In this document: positions 23,301-38,300 of the stretch, piece by piece
Numbering within the stretch: the first letter of the stretch is position 1
How the letters are laid out: each line of letters opens with the position of its first letter
Origin: Squalus acanthias
Lineage: Eukaryota
DNA: 64,000 nt
Assembly: GCA_030390025.1 (NCBI GenBank)
Contig: CM059449.1
Coordinates: 15,686,001 to 15,750,000 of the forward strand
Direction: 5' to 3'
The notes under the pieces: model-generated
Told to the model about the DNA's origin: nothing
Database searches by the model: none
What the model saw: only the letters and a program-made list of their open reading frames with translations
Position numbers and translations under genes: made by a program

Positions 23301-26300
23301 CGGCCAACAAAGAGCTATCCAGCCTAATCCCACTTCCCAGCTCTTGGTCCGTAGCCCTGCAGATTACAGCACCCCACGTGCACATCCAAGTACTTTTTAA
23401 ATGTGGTTAGGGTTCCTGCCTCGACCACCCTTTCAGGCAGTCAGTTCCAGACCCACACAACCCACTGGGTGAAGACATTTCCCCTCAAATCCCCTCTAAA
23501 ATTTCCACTAATTACTGTAATTCAGTGCCCCTTGGTTTTTGACCCCTCTGCTGAGGGAAATAGGTCCTTTCTATCCACTTTATCTGTGCCCCTCAAAATT
23601 TTATCCATCTCAATAAGGTCTGCCCTCAGCCTCCTCTGTTCCAAGGAAAACAGACCCAGCCTATCCAGTCTTTCCTCATAGCTAAGATTCTCTACTCCTG
23701 GCAACATCCTTGTAAATCTCCTCTGAAAACTCTCTAGTGCAATCACATCTTTCCTGTAATGTGGTGACCAGAACTGCACGCAGTAATCTAGCTGAGGCCT
23801 AACTGTGTTTCATACAGTTGAAGTATAAACCCCCTGCTCTTGTTTTCTATGCCACGGCTAATAAAGGCAAGCATTCCGCATGCCTTCTTAACTAACTTCT
23901 CAACCTTGCCTGCTACCTTCAGGGATGTGTGGGCATGCATTCCAAGGTCCCTCTGTTCCTCTATGCTTCTCAGTATCCTACTATTTAATGTGTATTCCTT
24001 TGCCTTATTAGCACGCCCCAAGTGCATCATAATTCTCCAGATTTTTTCTTATTCCTTCACAGGATGTGCGCATTGCTGGGAAGGCCAGCAATTATTGCCC
24101 ATCACCCAATTGCCTTGCGACGGTGGCGGTGAGTTGCCTTCTTGATTAACTGGCTTGCTAGGACATTTCAGAGGTCAGTTAAGAGCTTACCACATTTATG
24201 TGGGTCTGGAGTCACATATAGGCCAGATTAGTTCAGGACGGCAGATATCATTCACTAAAGGACATTAGTGAATCAGATGGGTTTTTACGACAATCTGGTA
24301 GATTCATGTAATTAGTGTGATTCATTTAATTTAAATTTTTCCGCTGCAGTGGTGGAGATATGAACTCATATCTTCGGATCATCTGTCCAGGCCTCTGAAT
24401 TACTAGACCAGTAACATAACCATTATGGTACCGTACCCCCAATTCCATTTGCCACTTTTCTGCCCAGCTGAACAGCCATTGATATATTCCTGCATTCTAC
24501 AGCTTTCATCCTCATTATCATCAAACGGCCAATTTTTGTATCATCTGCATACTTCTTCATCATGCCCCTTACTTGAAGTCTATATCGATTCTATCTTTTA
24601 ATGTAGTATCGCTGCAAGATAGTAATTGTTTCCAAGTAATTGATTAACATTCTCTGAATCAAGGTGTATAAAATTATGAGAGGCCTCGATAGAGTGGATA
24701 GGAAGGACCTATTTCCCTTAGCAGAAGGGTCAATAACCAGGGGCCATAGATTTAAATTAATTGGTAGAAGGATTAGGGAAGATTTGAGGAGAATGCTTTC
24801 ACCCAGAGGGTGGTGGGGATCTGGAACTCACTACCTGAAAGGGCGGTAGATGCAGAAACCCTCATGGCATTTAAACTGTACTTGGATATACACACGAAGT
24901 GCTGTAACCTACAGGGCTACGGACCAAGAGCTGGAAAGTGGGATTAGTCTGGAAAGCTGTTTTTCGGCCGGCACAGTCAGTTTGGGACGAAAGGCCTCCT
25001 TCTGTACCATAAACTTGTATAATTATAAGAAGACTATATTTGTGAAGGAAGTGGGATGGTCCTGGTTATGTCAAGTTTATGGATTTTTAACGAGCTGCAA
25101 GACGATCATTCTTGACTTGATTCTAAGTTCAGCACCTCCTTACAGAGCAGTGTTGCTATTGCGAAACATAAACAGGAAACGCTGAAAGTGCTCAGCATGT
25201 CAGTCGACATAGAATCATAGAACCATAGAAAGTAACAGCATGGAAGGAGGCCATTTCGGCCCATCGTGTCCGCACCGGCCAACGAAGAGCTATCCAGCCT
25301 AATACCAATTCCCAACTCTGGGGCCGTAGCCCTGCAGATTACAGCACCCCACGTGCACATCCAAGTACTTTTTAAATGTGGTTAGAGTTCCTGCCTCTAC
25401 CACCCTTTCAGGCAGTCAGTTTCAGACCAACACAACCCACTGGGTGAAGAAATTTCCCCTCAAATCCCCTCTAAAATTTCCACTAATTACTGTAAATCAG
25501 TGCCCCTTGGTTTTAGACCCCTCTGCTGAGTGAAATAGATCCTTTCTATCCACTTTATCTGTGCCCCTCAAAATTTTATCCATCGCAATAAGGTCTGCCC
25601 TCAGCCTCCTCTGTTCCAAGGAAAACAGACCCAGCCTATCCAGTCTTTCCTCATAGTTAAGATTCTCTACTCCCGGCAACATCCTTGTAAATCTCCTCTG
25701 AAAACTCTCTAGTGCAATGACATCTTTCCTGTAATGTGGTGACCAGAACTGCACGCAGTAATCTAGCTGAGGCCTAACTGTGTTTCATACAGTTGAAGTA
25801 TAACCCCCCTGCTCTTGTTTTCTATGCCACGGCTAATAAAGGCAAGCATTCCGTATGCCTTCTTAACCACCTTATCAACCTCGCCTGCTACCTTCAGGGA
25901 TGTGTGGGCATGCATTCCAAGGTCCCTCTGTTCCTCTATGCTTCTCAGTATCCTACTATTTAATGTGTATTCCTTTGCCTTATTAGCAAATCCCAAGTGC
26001 ATCATACTTCTCCAGATTTTTTTTTATTCCTTCACAGGATGTGCGCATTGCTGGGAAGGCCAGCAATTATTGCCCATCACCCAATTGCCTTGCGACGGTG
26101 GTGGTGAGTTGCCTTCTTGATTAAGTGGCTGGCTAGGCTATTTCAGAGCGAACTTAAGAGTTTACCACATTTCTGTGGGTCTGGAGTCACATATAGGCCA
26201 GATTAGGTCAGGACGGCAGATTTCCTTCCCTAAAGGACATTAGTGAACCAGATGGGTTTTTACGACAATCTGGTAGTTTCATGTAATTAGTGTAATTCAT

Positions 26301-29300
26301 TTAATTTAAATTCTTCAGCTGCAGTGGTGGAGATATGAACTCATATCTTCGGATCATTTGTCCAGGCCTCTGAATTACTAGACCAGTAACATAACCATTA
26401 TGGTACCGTACCCCCAATTCCATTTGCCAATTTTCTGCCCAGCTGAACAGCCATTGATATATTCCTGCATTCTACAGCTTTCATCCTCATTATCAAACAA
26501 ACGGCCAATTTTTGTATCATCTGCAAACTTCTTCATCATGCCCCTTACTTGAAGTCTATATCGATTCTATCTTTTAATGTAGTATCGCTGCAAGATAGTA
26601 ATTGTTTCCAAGTAATTGATTAACATTCTCTGAATCAAGGTGTATAAAATTATGAGAGGCCTCGATAGAGTGGATAGGAAGGACATATTTCCCTTAGCAG
26701 GAGGGTCAATAACCAGGGGCCATAGATTTAAATTAATTGGTAGAAGGATTAGGGAAGATTTGAGGAGAATGCTTTCACCCAGAGGGTGGTGGGTATCTGG
26801 AACTCACTGCCTGAAAGGGTGGTAGAGGCAGAAACCCTCATGGGATTTAAACTGTACTTGGATATACACTAGAAGTGCTGTAACCAACAGGGCTACGGAG
26901 CAAGAGCTGGAAAGTGGGATTAGGCTGGAGAGCTGTTTTTCGGCCGGCACAGTCAGTTTGGGACGAATGGCCTCCTTCTGTACCATAAACTTCTATGATT
27001 ATAAGAAGCCTATATTTGTGAAGGAGGAGGGATGGTCCTGGTTATGTCAAGCTTATGGATTTTTAACGAGCTGCAAGTCGACCATTCTTGACTTGATTCT
27101 AAGATCAGCACCTCCTTACAGAGCCGTGTTGCTATTGCGAAACATAAACAGGAAACGCTGAAAGTGCTCAGCATGTCAGTCGACATAGAATCATAGAATC
27201 ATAGAAAGTAACAGCACGGAAGGAGGCCGTTTCGGCCCATCGTGTCTGCACCGGCCAACGAAGAGCTATCCAGCCTAATCCCACTTCCCAGCTCTTGGTC
27301 CGTAGCCCTGCAGATTACAGCACCCCACGTGCACATCCAAGTACTTTTTAAATGTGGTTAGGGTTCCTGCCTCTACCACCCTTTCATGCAGTCAGTTCCA
27401 GACACACACAACCCACTGGGTGAAGAAATTTCCCCTCAAATCCCCTCTAAAATTTCCACTAATTACTGTAAATCAGTGCCCCTTGGTTTTTGACCCCTCT
27501 GCTGAGGGAAATAGGTCCTTTCTATCCACTTTATCTGTGCCCCTCAACATTTTATCCATCTCAATAAGGTCTGCCCTCAGCCTCCTCTGTTCCAAGTAAA
27601 ACAGACTCAGCCTATCCAGTCTTTCCTCATAGCTAAGATTCTCTACTCCCGGCAACATCCTTGTAAATCTCCTCTGAAAACTCTCTAGAGCAATCACATC
27701 TTTCCTGTAATGTGGTGACCAGAACTGCACGCAGTAATCTAGTTGAGGCCTAACTAGTGTTTCATACAGTTGAAGTATAACCCCCCTGCTCTTGTTTTCT
27801 ATGCCACGGCTAATAAAGGCAAGCATTCCGTATGCCTTCTTAACCACCTTATCAACCTCGCCTGCTACCTTCAGGGATGTGTGGGCATGCATTCCAAGGT
27901 CCCTCTGTTCCTCTATGCTTCTCAGTATCCTACTATTTAATGTTTATTCCTTTGCCTTATTAGCACGCCCCAAGTGCATCATACTTCTCCAGATTTTGTT
28001 TTATTCCTTCACAGGATGTGCGCATTGCTGGGAAGGCCAGCAATTATTGCCCATCACCCAATTGCCTTGCGATGGTGGTGGTGAGTTGCCTTCTTGATTA
28101 ACTGGCTTGCTAGGCCATTTCAGAGGGCAGTTAAGAGCCTACCACATTTCTGTGGGTCTGGAGTCACATATAGACCAGATTAGGTAAGGACGGCAGATTT
28201 CATTCCCTAAAGGACATTAGTGAACCAGATGGGTTTTTACGACAATCTGATAGTTTCATGTAATCAGTGTAATTCATTTAATTTAAATTCTTCAGCTGCA
28301 GTGGTGGAGATATGAACTCATATCTTCGGATCATTTTTCCAGGCCTCTGAAGTACTAGACCAGTAACATAACCATTATGGTACCGTACCCCCAATTCCAT
28401 TTGCCACTTTTCTGCCCAGCTGAACAGCCATTGATATATTCCTGCATTCTACAGCTTTCATCCTCATTATCAATCAAACGGCCAATTTTTGTATCATTTG
28501 CAAACATCTTCATCATGCCCCTTACTTGAAGTCTATATCGATTCTATCTTTTAATGTAGTATCGCTGCAAGATAGTAATTGTTTCCAAGTAATTGATTAA
28601 CATTCTCTGAATCAAGGTGTATAAAATTATGAGAGGCCTCGATAGAGTGGATAGGAAGGACCTATTTCCCTTAGCAGAAGGGTCAATAACCAGGGGCCTA
28701 GATTTAAATTAATTGGTAGAAGGATTAGGGAAGCTTTGAGGAGAATGCTTTCACCCAGAGGGTGGTGGGGATCTGGAACTCACTGCCTGAAAGGGTGGTA
28801 GAGGCAGAAACCCTCATGGCATTTAAACTGTACTTGGATATACACACGAAGTGCTGTAACCTACAGGGCTACGGACCAAGAGCTGGAAAGTGGGATTAGG
28901 CTGGAGAGCTGTTTTTCGGCCGGCACAGTCAGTTTGGGACGAATGGCCTCCTTCTGTACCATAAACTTCTATGATTATAAGAAGCCTATATTTGTGAAGG
29001 AGGAGGGATGGTCCTGGTTATGTCAAGCTTATGGATTTTTAACGAGCTGCAAGTCGACCATTCTTGACTTGATTCTAAGATCAGCACCTCCTTACAGAGC
29101 CGTGTTGCTATTGCGAAACATTAACAGGAAACGCTGAAAGTGCTCAGCATGTCAGTCGACATAGAATCATAGAATCATAGAAAGTAACAGCACGGAAGGA
29201 GGCCATTTCGGCCCATCGTCTCTGCACCGGCCAACAAAGAGCTATCCTGGCTAATCCCACTTCCCAGCTCTTGGTCCGTAGCCCTGCAGATTACAGCACC

Positions 29301-32300
29301 CCACGTGCACATCCAAGTACTTTTTAAATGTGGTTAGGGTTCCTGCCTCTACCACCCTTTCAGGCAGTCAGTTCCAGACCCACACAAACCACTGGGTGAA
29401 GAAATTTCCCCTCAAATGCCCTCTAAAATTTCCACTAATTACTGTAAATCAGTGCCCGTTTGGTTTTGACCCCTCTGCTAAGGGAAATAGGTCCTTTCTA
29501 TCCACTTTATCTGTGCCCCTCAAAATTTTAACCATCTCAATAAGGTCTGCCCTCAGCCTCCTCTGTTCCAAGGAAAACAGACCCATCCTATCCAGTCTTC
29601 CCTCATAGCTAAGATTCTCTACTCCCGGCAACATCCTTGTAAATCTCCTCTGAAAATTCTCTACTGCAATCACATCTTTCCTGTAATGTGTTGATCAGAA
29701 CTGCACGCAGTAATCTAACTGAGGCCTAACTGTGTTTCATACAGTTGGAATATAACCCCCCTGCTCTTGTTTTCTATGCCACGGCTAATAAAGGCAAGCA
29801 TTCCGTATGCCTTCTTAACCATCTTATCAACCTCGCCTGCTACCTTCAGGGATGTGTGGGCATGCATTCCAAGGTCCCTCTGTTCCTCTATGCTTCTCAG
29901 TAGCCTACTATTTAATGTGTATTCCTTTGCCTTTTTAGCACGCCCAAGTGCATCATACTTCTCCAGAATTTTTTTTATTCCTTCACAGGATATGCGCATT
30001 GCTGGGAAGGCCAGCAATTATTGCCCATCACCCAATTGCCTTGCGACGGTGGCGGTGTGTTGCCTTCTTGATTAAGTGGCTTGCTAGGCCATTTCAGAGG
30101 GCAGTTAAGAGTTTACCACATTTCTGTCGCTCTGGAGTCACATATATGCCAGATTAGGTCAGGACGGCAGATTTCCTTCCCTGAAGGACATTAGTGAACC
30201 AGATGGGTTTTTACGACAATCTGGTAGTTTCATGTAATTAGTGTAATTCATTTAATTTAAATTCTGCAGCTGCAGTGGTGGAGATATGAACTCATATCTT
30301 CGGATCATTTGTCCAGGCCTCTGAAGTACTAGACCAGTAACATAACCATTATGGTACCGTACCCCCAATTCCATTTGCCACTTTTCTGCCCAGCTGAACA
30401 GCCATTGATATAATCCTGCATTCTACAGCTTTCATCCTCATTACCAATCAAACGGCCAATTTTTGTATCATCTGCAAACTTCTTCATCATGCCCGTTACT
30501 TGAAGTCTATATCGCTTCTATCTTTTAATGTTGTATCGCTGCAAGATAGTAATTGTTTCCAAGTAATTGATTAACATTCTCTGAATCAAAGTGTATAAAA
30601 TTATGAGGGGCCTCGATAGAGTGGATAGGAAGGACCTTTTTCCCTTAGCAGAAGGGTCAACAACCAGGGGCCATAGATTTAAATTAATTGGTAGAAGGAT
30701 TGGGGAGGATTTGAGGAGAATGCTTTCACCCAGAGCGTGGTGGGGATCTGGAACTCACTGCCTGAAAGGGTGGTAGAGGCAGAAACCCTCATGGCATTTA
30801 AACTGTACTTGGATATACACACGAAGTACTGTAACCTACAGGGCTACGGACCAAGAGCTGGAAAGTGGGATTAGGCTGGAGAGCTGTTTTTCGGCCGGCA
30901 CAGTCAGTTTGGGACGAATGGCCTCCTTCTGTACCATAAACTTCTATGATTATAAGAAGCCTATATTTGTGAAGGAGGAGGGATGGTCCTGGTTATGTCA
31001 AGTTTATGGATTTATAACGAGCTGCAAGACGACCATTCTTGACTTGATTCTAAGTTCAGCACCTCCTTACAGAGCAGTGTTGCTATTGCGAAACATAAAC
31101 AGGAAACGCTGAAAGTGCTCAGCATGTCAGTCGACATAGAATCATAGAACCATAGAAAGTAACAGCACGGAAGGAGGCCATTTCGGCCCATCGTGTCCGC
31201 ACCGGCCAACGAAGAGCTATCGAGCCTAATACCAATTCCCAGCTCTGGGGCCGTAGCCCTGCAGATTACAGCACCCCACGTGCACATCCAAGTACTTTTT
31301 AAATGTGGTTAGGGTTCCTGCCTCTACCACCCTTTCAGGCAGTCAGTTCGAGACACACACAACCCACTGGGTGAAGAAATTTCCCCTCAAATCCCCTCTA
31401 AAATTTCCACTAATTACTGTAAATCAGTGCCCCTTGGTTTTAGACCTCTCTGCTGAGTGAAATAGGTCCTTTCTATCCACTTTATCTGTGCCCCTCACAA
31501 TTTTTTCCATCTCAATAAGGTCTGCCCTCAGCCTCCTCTGTTCCAAGGAAAACAGACCCAGCCTATCCAGTCTTTCCTCATAGCTAAGATTCTCTACTCC
31601 CGGCAACATCCTTGTAAATCTCCTCTGAAAACTCTCTAGTGCAATCACATCTTTCCTGTAATGTGGTGACCAGAACTGCACGCAGTAATCTAGCTGAGGC
31701 CTAACTGTGTTTCATACAGTTGAAGTATAAACCCCCTGCTCTTGTTTTCTATGCCGCGGCTAATAAAGGCAAGCATTCCGTATGCCTTCTTAACCACCTT
31801 ATCAACCTCGCCTGCTACCTTCAGGGAAGTGTGGGCATGCATTCCAAGGTCCCTCTGTTCCTCTATGCTTCTCAGTATCCTACTATTTAATGTGTATTCC
31901 TTTGACTTATTAGCAAGCCTCAAGTGCATCATACTTGTCCAGAATTTTTTTTATTCCTTCACAGGATATGCGCATTGCTGGGAAGGCCTGCAATTATTGC
32001 CCATCACCCAATTGCCTTGCGACGGTGGCGGTGAGTTGCCTTCTTGATTAAGTGGTTGCTAGGGTATTTCAGAGCGAAGTTAAGAGTTTACCACGTTTCT
32101 GTCGGTCTGGAGTCACATATAGGCCAGATTAGGTCAGGACGGCAGATTTCCTTCCCTAAAGGACATTAGTGAACCAGATGGGTTTTTACGACAATCTGGT
32201 AGTTTCATGTAATTAGTGTAATTCATTTAATTTAAATTCTTCAGCTGCAGTGGTAGAGATATGAACTCATATCTTCGGATCATCTGTCCAGGCCTCTGAA

Positions 32301-35300
32301 TTACTAGACCAGTAACATAACCATTATGGTACCGTACCCCCAATTCCATTTGCCACTTTTCTGCAAAGCTGAACAGCCATTGATATATTCCTGCATTCTA
32401 CAGCTTTCATCCTCATTATCAATCAAACGGCCAATTTTTGTATCATTTGCAAATATCTTCATCATGCCCCTTACTTGAAGTCTATATCGATTCTATCTTT
32501 TAATGTAGTAGCGCTGCAAGATAGTAATTGTTTCCAAGTAATTGATTAACATTCTCTGAATCAAGGTGTATAAAATTATGAGAGGCCTCGATAGAGTGGA
32601 TAGGAAGGACATATTTCCCTTAGCAGAAGGGTCAATACCCAGGGGCCATAGATTTAAATTAAGTGGTAGAAGGATTAGGGAAGATTTGAGGAGAATGCTT
32701 TCACCCAGAGGGTGGAGGGGATCTGGAACTCACTGCCTGAAAGGGTGGTAGAGGCAGAAACCCTCATGGCATTTAAACTGTACTTTGATATACACACGAA
32801 GTGCTGTAACCTACAGGGCTACGGAGCAAGAGCTGGAAAGTGGGATTAGGCTGGAGAGCTGTTTTTATGCCGGCACAGTCAGTTTGGGACGAATGGCCTC
32901 CTTCTGTACCATAAACTTCTATGATTATAAGAAGCCTATATTTGTGAAGGAGGTGGGATGGTCCTGGTTATGTCAAGCTTATGGATTTTTAACGAGCTGC
33001 AAGTCGACCATTCTTGACTTGATTCTAAGATCAGCACCTCCTTACAGAGCCGTGTTGCTATTGCGAAACATAAACAGGAAACGCTGAAAGTGCTCAGCAT
33101 GTCAGTCGAGATAGAATCATAGAATCATAGAAAGTAACAGCACGGAAGGAGGCCATTTCGGCCCATCGTGTCCGCACCGGCCAACAAAGAGCTATCCAGC
33201 CTAATCCCACTTCCCAGCTCTTGGTCCGTAGCCCTGCAGATTACAGCACCCCACGTGCACATCCAAGTACTTTTTAAATGTGGTTAGGGTTCGTGCCTCT
33301 ACCACCCTTTCAGGCAGTCAGTTCCAGACCCACACAACCCACTGGGTGAAGAAATTTCCCCTCAAATCCCCTCTAAAATTTCCACTAATTACTGTAAATC
33401 AGTGCCCCATGGTTTTTGACCCCTCTGCTGAGGGAAATAGGTCCTTTCTATCCACTTTATCTCTGCCCCTCAAAATGTTATCCATCTCAAAAGGTCTGCC
33501 CTCAGCCTCCTCTGTTCCAAGGAAAACAGACCCCGCCTATCCAGTCTTTCCTCATAGCTAAGATTCTCTACTCCCGGCAACATCCTTGTAAATCTCCTCT
33601 GAAAACTCTCTAGTGCAATCACATCTTTCCTGTAATGTGGTGACCAGAACTGCACGCAGTAATCTAGCTGAGGCCTTGCTGTGTTTCACACAGTAGAAGT
33701 ATAACCCCCCTGCTCTTGTTTTCAATGCCACGGCTAATAAAGGCAAGCATTCCGTATGCCTTCTTAACCACCTTATCAACCTCGCCTGCTACCTTCAGGG
33801 ATGTGTGGGCATGCATTCCAAGGTCCCTCTGTTCCTCTATGCTTCTCAGTATCCTACTACATAATGTTTATTCCTTTGCCTTATTAGCAAGCCCCAAGTG
33901 CATCATACTTCTCCAGATTTTTTTTTATTCCTTCACAGGATGTGCGCATTGCTGGGAAGGCCAGCAATTATTGCCCATCACCCAATTGCCTTGCGACGGT
34001 GGCGGTGAGTTGCCTTCTTGATTAAGTGGCTTGCTAGGCCATTTCAGAGGGCAGTTAAGAGCTTACCACATTTCTGTGGGTCTGGAGTCACATGTAAGCC
34101 AGCATAGGTCAGGACGGCAGATTTCCTTCCCTAAAGGACATTAGTGAACCAGATGGGTTTTTACGACAATCTGGTAGTTTCATGTAATTAGTGTAATTCA
34201 TTTAATTTAAATTCTTCAGCTGCAGTGGTGGAGATATGAACTCATATCTTCGGATCATTTGTCCAGGCCTCTGAAGTACTAGACCAGTAACATAACCATT
34301 ATGGTACCGTACCCACAATTCTTTTTGCCACTTTTCTGCCCAGCTGATCAGCCATTGATATATTCCTGCATTCTACAGCTTTCATCCTCATTATCAATAA
34401 AACGGCCAATTTTTGTATCATCTGCAAACTTCTTCATCATGCCCCTTACTTGAAGTCTATATCGATTCTATCTTTTAATGTAGTATCGCTGCAAGATAGT
34501 AATTGTTTCCAAGTAATTGATTAACATTCACTGAATCAAGGTGTATAAAATTATGAGAGTCCTCGATAGAGTGGATAGGAAGGACCTATTTCCCTTAGCA
34601 GAAGTGTCAATAACCAGGGGCCATAGATTTAAATTAATTGGTAGAAGGATTAGGGAGGATTTGAGGAGAATGCTTTCACCCAGAGGGTGGTGGGGATCTG
34701 GAACTCACTGCCTGAAAGGGTGGTAGAGGCAGAAACCCTCATCGCATTTAAACTGTACTTGGATATACACTAGAAGTGCTGTAACCTACAGGGCTACGGA
34801 CCAAGAGCTGGAAAGTGGGATTAGGCTGGAGAGCTGTTTTTCGGCCGGCACAGTCAGGTTGGGACGAATGGCCTCCTTCTGTACCATAAGCTTCTATGAT
34901 TATAAGAAGCCTATATTTGTGAGGAGGAGGGATGGTCCTGGTTATGTCAAGCTTATGGATTTTGAACGAGCTGCAAGACGACCATTCTTGACTTGATTCT
35001 AAGTTCAGCAACTCCTTACAGAGCCGTGTTGCTATTGCGAAACATAAACAGGAAACGCTGAAAGTGCTCAGCATGTCAGTCGACATAGAATCATAGAAAG
35101 TAACAGCACGGAAGGAGTCCATTTCGGCCCATCGTGTCTGCACCGGCCAATAAAGAGCAATCCAGCCTAATCCCACTTCCCAGCTTTTGGTCCGTAGCCC
35201 TGCAGATTACAGCACCCCACGTACACATCCAAGTACATTTAAAATGTGGTTAGGGTTCCTGCCTCTACCACCCTTTCAGGCAGTCAGTTCCAGACCCACA

Positions 35301-38300
35301 CAACCCACTGGGTGAAGAAATTTCCCCACAAATCCCCTCTAAACTTTCCACCAATTATTGTAAATCTGTGCCCCTTGGTTTTTGACCCCTCTGCTGAGGG
35401 AAATAGGTCCTTTCTATCCACTTTATCTGTGCCCCTCCTAATTTTATACTCCTCAATACGCTCTCCACTAAGCCTCCTCTGTTCCAAGGAAAAAAGACCC
35501 AGCCTATCTTGTCTTTCGTCATAGCTAAGATTCTCTAATCCCGGGAACATCCTTGTAAATCTCCTCTGTACCCTCTCTCGTGCAATCACATCTTTCCTGC
35601 AATGTGGTGACCAGAACTGCACACTGTACTCCAGCTGAGGCCTAACTAGTGTTTTATACAGTTGAAGTATAACCCCCCTGCTCTTGTTTTCTATGCCACG
35701 GCTAATAAAGGCAAGCCTTCCGTATGCCTTCTTAACCACCTTTACTGAGGGGCCTGCTACCTTCAGGGATCTGTCAGCTTGCATTCCAAGGTCCCTCTGT
35801 TCCTCTATTCTTCTCAGTATCCTACCATTTAATGTGTGTTCCTTTGCCTTATTAGCACTCCCCAAGTGCATCACACTTTTCCAGATTTTTTCTTATTCCT
35901 TCACAGGATGTGGGCATTGCTGGGAACGCCAGCATTTATTGCCGATTCCCCAATTGCCCTCGCGAAGGTAGCGGTGAGTTGCCTTTTACAATAAGTGGCT
36001 TGCTAGGCCATTTCAGAGGGCAGTTAAGAGCCTAACACATTTCTGTGGGACTGGAGTCACATATAGGCCAGACTAGGTAAGGACGCAGATTTCCTTCCCT
36101 GAAGAACATTAGTGAACCAGATGGTTTTTTACAACAATCTGGTAGTTTAATGTAATTTGTGTAATTCACTGAATTTAAATTATTCAGCTGCAGTGGTGGT
36201 GATATGAACTGATATCTCCAGATCATTAGTCCAGGCCTCTGAATTACTAGACCAGTAACATAACCATTATGGTACCGTACCCGCAATTCCATTTGCCACT
36301 TTTCTGCCCAGCTGACCAGCCATTGATATATTCCTGCATTCTACAGCTTTCATCCTCATTATCAACCAAACGGCCAATTTTTGTACCATCTGCAAACTTC
36401 TTCATCATGCCCCCTACATTGAAGTCTATATCGATTCTATCTTTTAATGTAGTATCGCTGCAAGATAGTAATGGTTTCCAAATAATTTATTAACATTCAC
36501 TAAATGAAGGTGGATAAAATTATGAGTGGCCTCGATAGAGTGGATAGGAAGGACCTGTTTCCCTTAGCAGAAGGGTCAATAACCAGGGGACATAGATTTA
36601 AAGTAATTGGTAGAAGGATTAGGGAGGATTTGAGGAGAATGCTTTCACCCAGCGGTTGGTGGGGATCTGGAACTCACTGCCTGAAAGGGTGGTAGAGGCA
36701 GAAACCCTCATCGCAGTTAAACTGTACTTGGATGTGCACTGCAAGTGCTGTAACCTACAGGGCTACGGACCAAGAGCTGTAAAGTGGGATTAGGCAGAGA
36801 GCTGTTTTTCGGTCGGCACAGTCAGAATGGAACGAATGGCCTCCTTCTGTGCCATAAACTTCTATGATTATAGGAAGCCTATATTTGTGAAGGAAGCGGG
36901 ATGCTACTGATTATGCCAAGCACATGGATTTTTAATGAGCTGCAAGACGACCATTCTTGACTTGATTTTCCGTTCTGAACCTCCTTACAGAGCAGTGTTG
37001 CTGTTGCGAAACATAAACAGGAAATGTTGAAAGTGCTCAGCATGTCAGTCGACACAGAATCATAGAACCATAGAAAGTTACAGCACGGAGGAGCAATTTC
37101 GGCCCATCGTGTCTGCGCCGGCCAACAAAGAACTATCCAGCCTCATCCCACTTCCCAGCTCTTGGTCCGTAGCCCTGCAGATTACAGTACCCCACGTGCA
37201 CATCCAAGTACTTTTTAAATGTTGTGAGGGTTCCTGCCTCTACCACACTTTCAGGCAATGAGATCCAGACCCCACAACCCTCTGGGTGAAGAAATCACCC
37301 TTCAAATCCCCTCTAAACCTTCCACCAATTATTGTAAATCTGTTCCCCATGGTTTTTGATCCCTTGCTAAGTGAAGTAGGCTCTTTTTATACACTTTATC
37401 TGTGCCCCTCATAATTTTATACACCTCAATAAGGTCTCCACTAAGCCTCCTCTGTTCCAAGGAAAACAGACTCAGCCTATCCAGTCTTTCCTCATAGCTA
37501 AGATTCTCTACTCCCAGCAACATCCTTGTAAATCTCCTCTGAACCCTCTCTAGTGCAATCACATCTTTCCTGTAATGTGGCGACCAGAACTGCACGCAAT
37601 AATCTAGCTGAGGCCTAACTGTGTTTCATACAGTTGAAGTATATCCCCCCTGCTCTTGTTTTCTATGCCACGGCTAATAAAGGCAAGCATTCCGTATGCT
37701 TTCTTAACCACCTTATCTACCTGGTCTGCTACCTTCAGGGATGTGTGGGCATGCATTCCAAGGTCCCTCTGTTCAACTATGCTTCTCAGTATCCTACTAT
37801 TAAATGTGTATTCCTTTGCCTTATTAGCATTCCCCAAGTGACTCACACTTCTCCAGATTTTTTCTTATTCCTTCACAGGATGTGGGCAGTGCTGGGAATG
37901 CCAGCAATTATTGCCATTCCCCAATTGCCCTCGCGATGGTGGCGGTGAGTTGCCTTCGTGATTAAGTGGCTTGCTAGGCCATTTCAGAGGGCAATTAAGA
38001 GCCTACCACATTTCTGTGGGTCTGGAGTCACATATAGGCCAGATTAGGTAAGGACGGCAGATTTCCTTCCCTAAAGGACATTTGTGAACCAGATGGGTTT
38101 TTACGACAATCTGGTAGTTTCATGTAATTTGTGTAATTCATTGAATTTAAATTCTTTAGCTGCAGTGGTGGAGATATGAACTCATATCTTCGGATCATTA
38201 GTTCAGTTCCCTGAATTACTAGACCAGTAACATAACCATTATGGTACCGTACCCCCAATTCCATTTGCCACTTTTCTGCCCAGCTGACCAGCCATTGATA

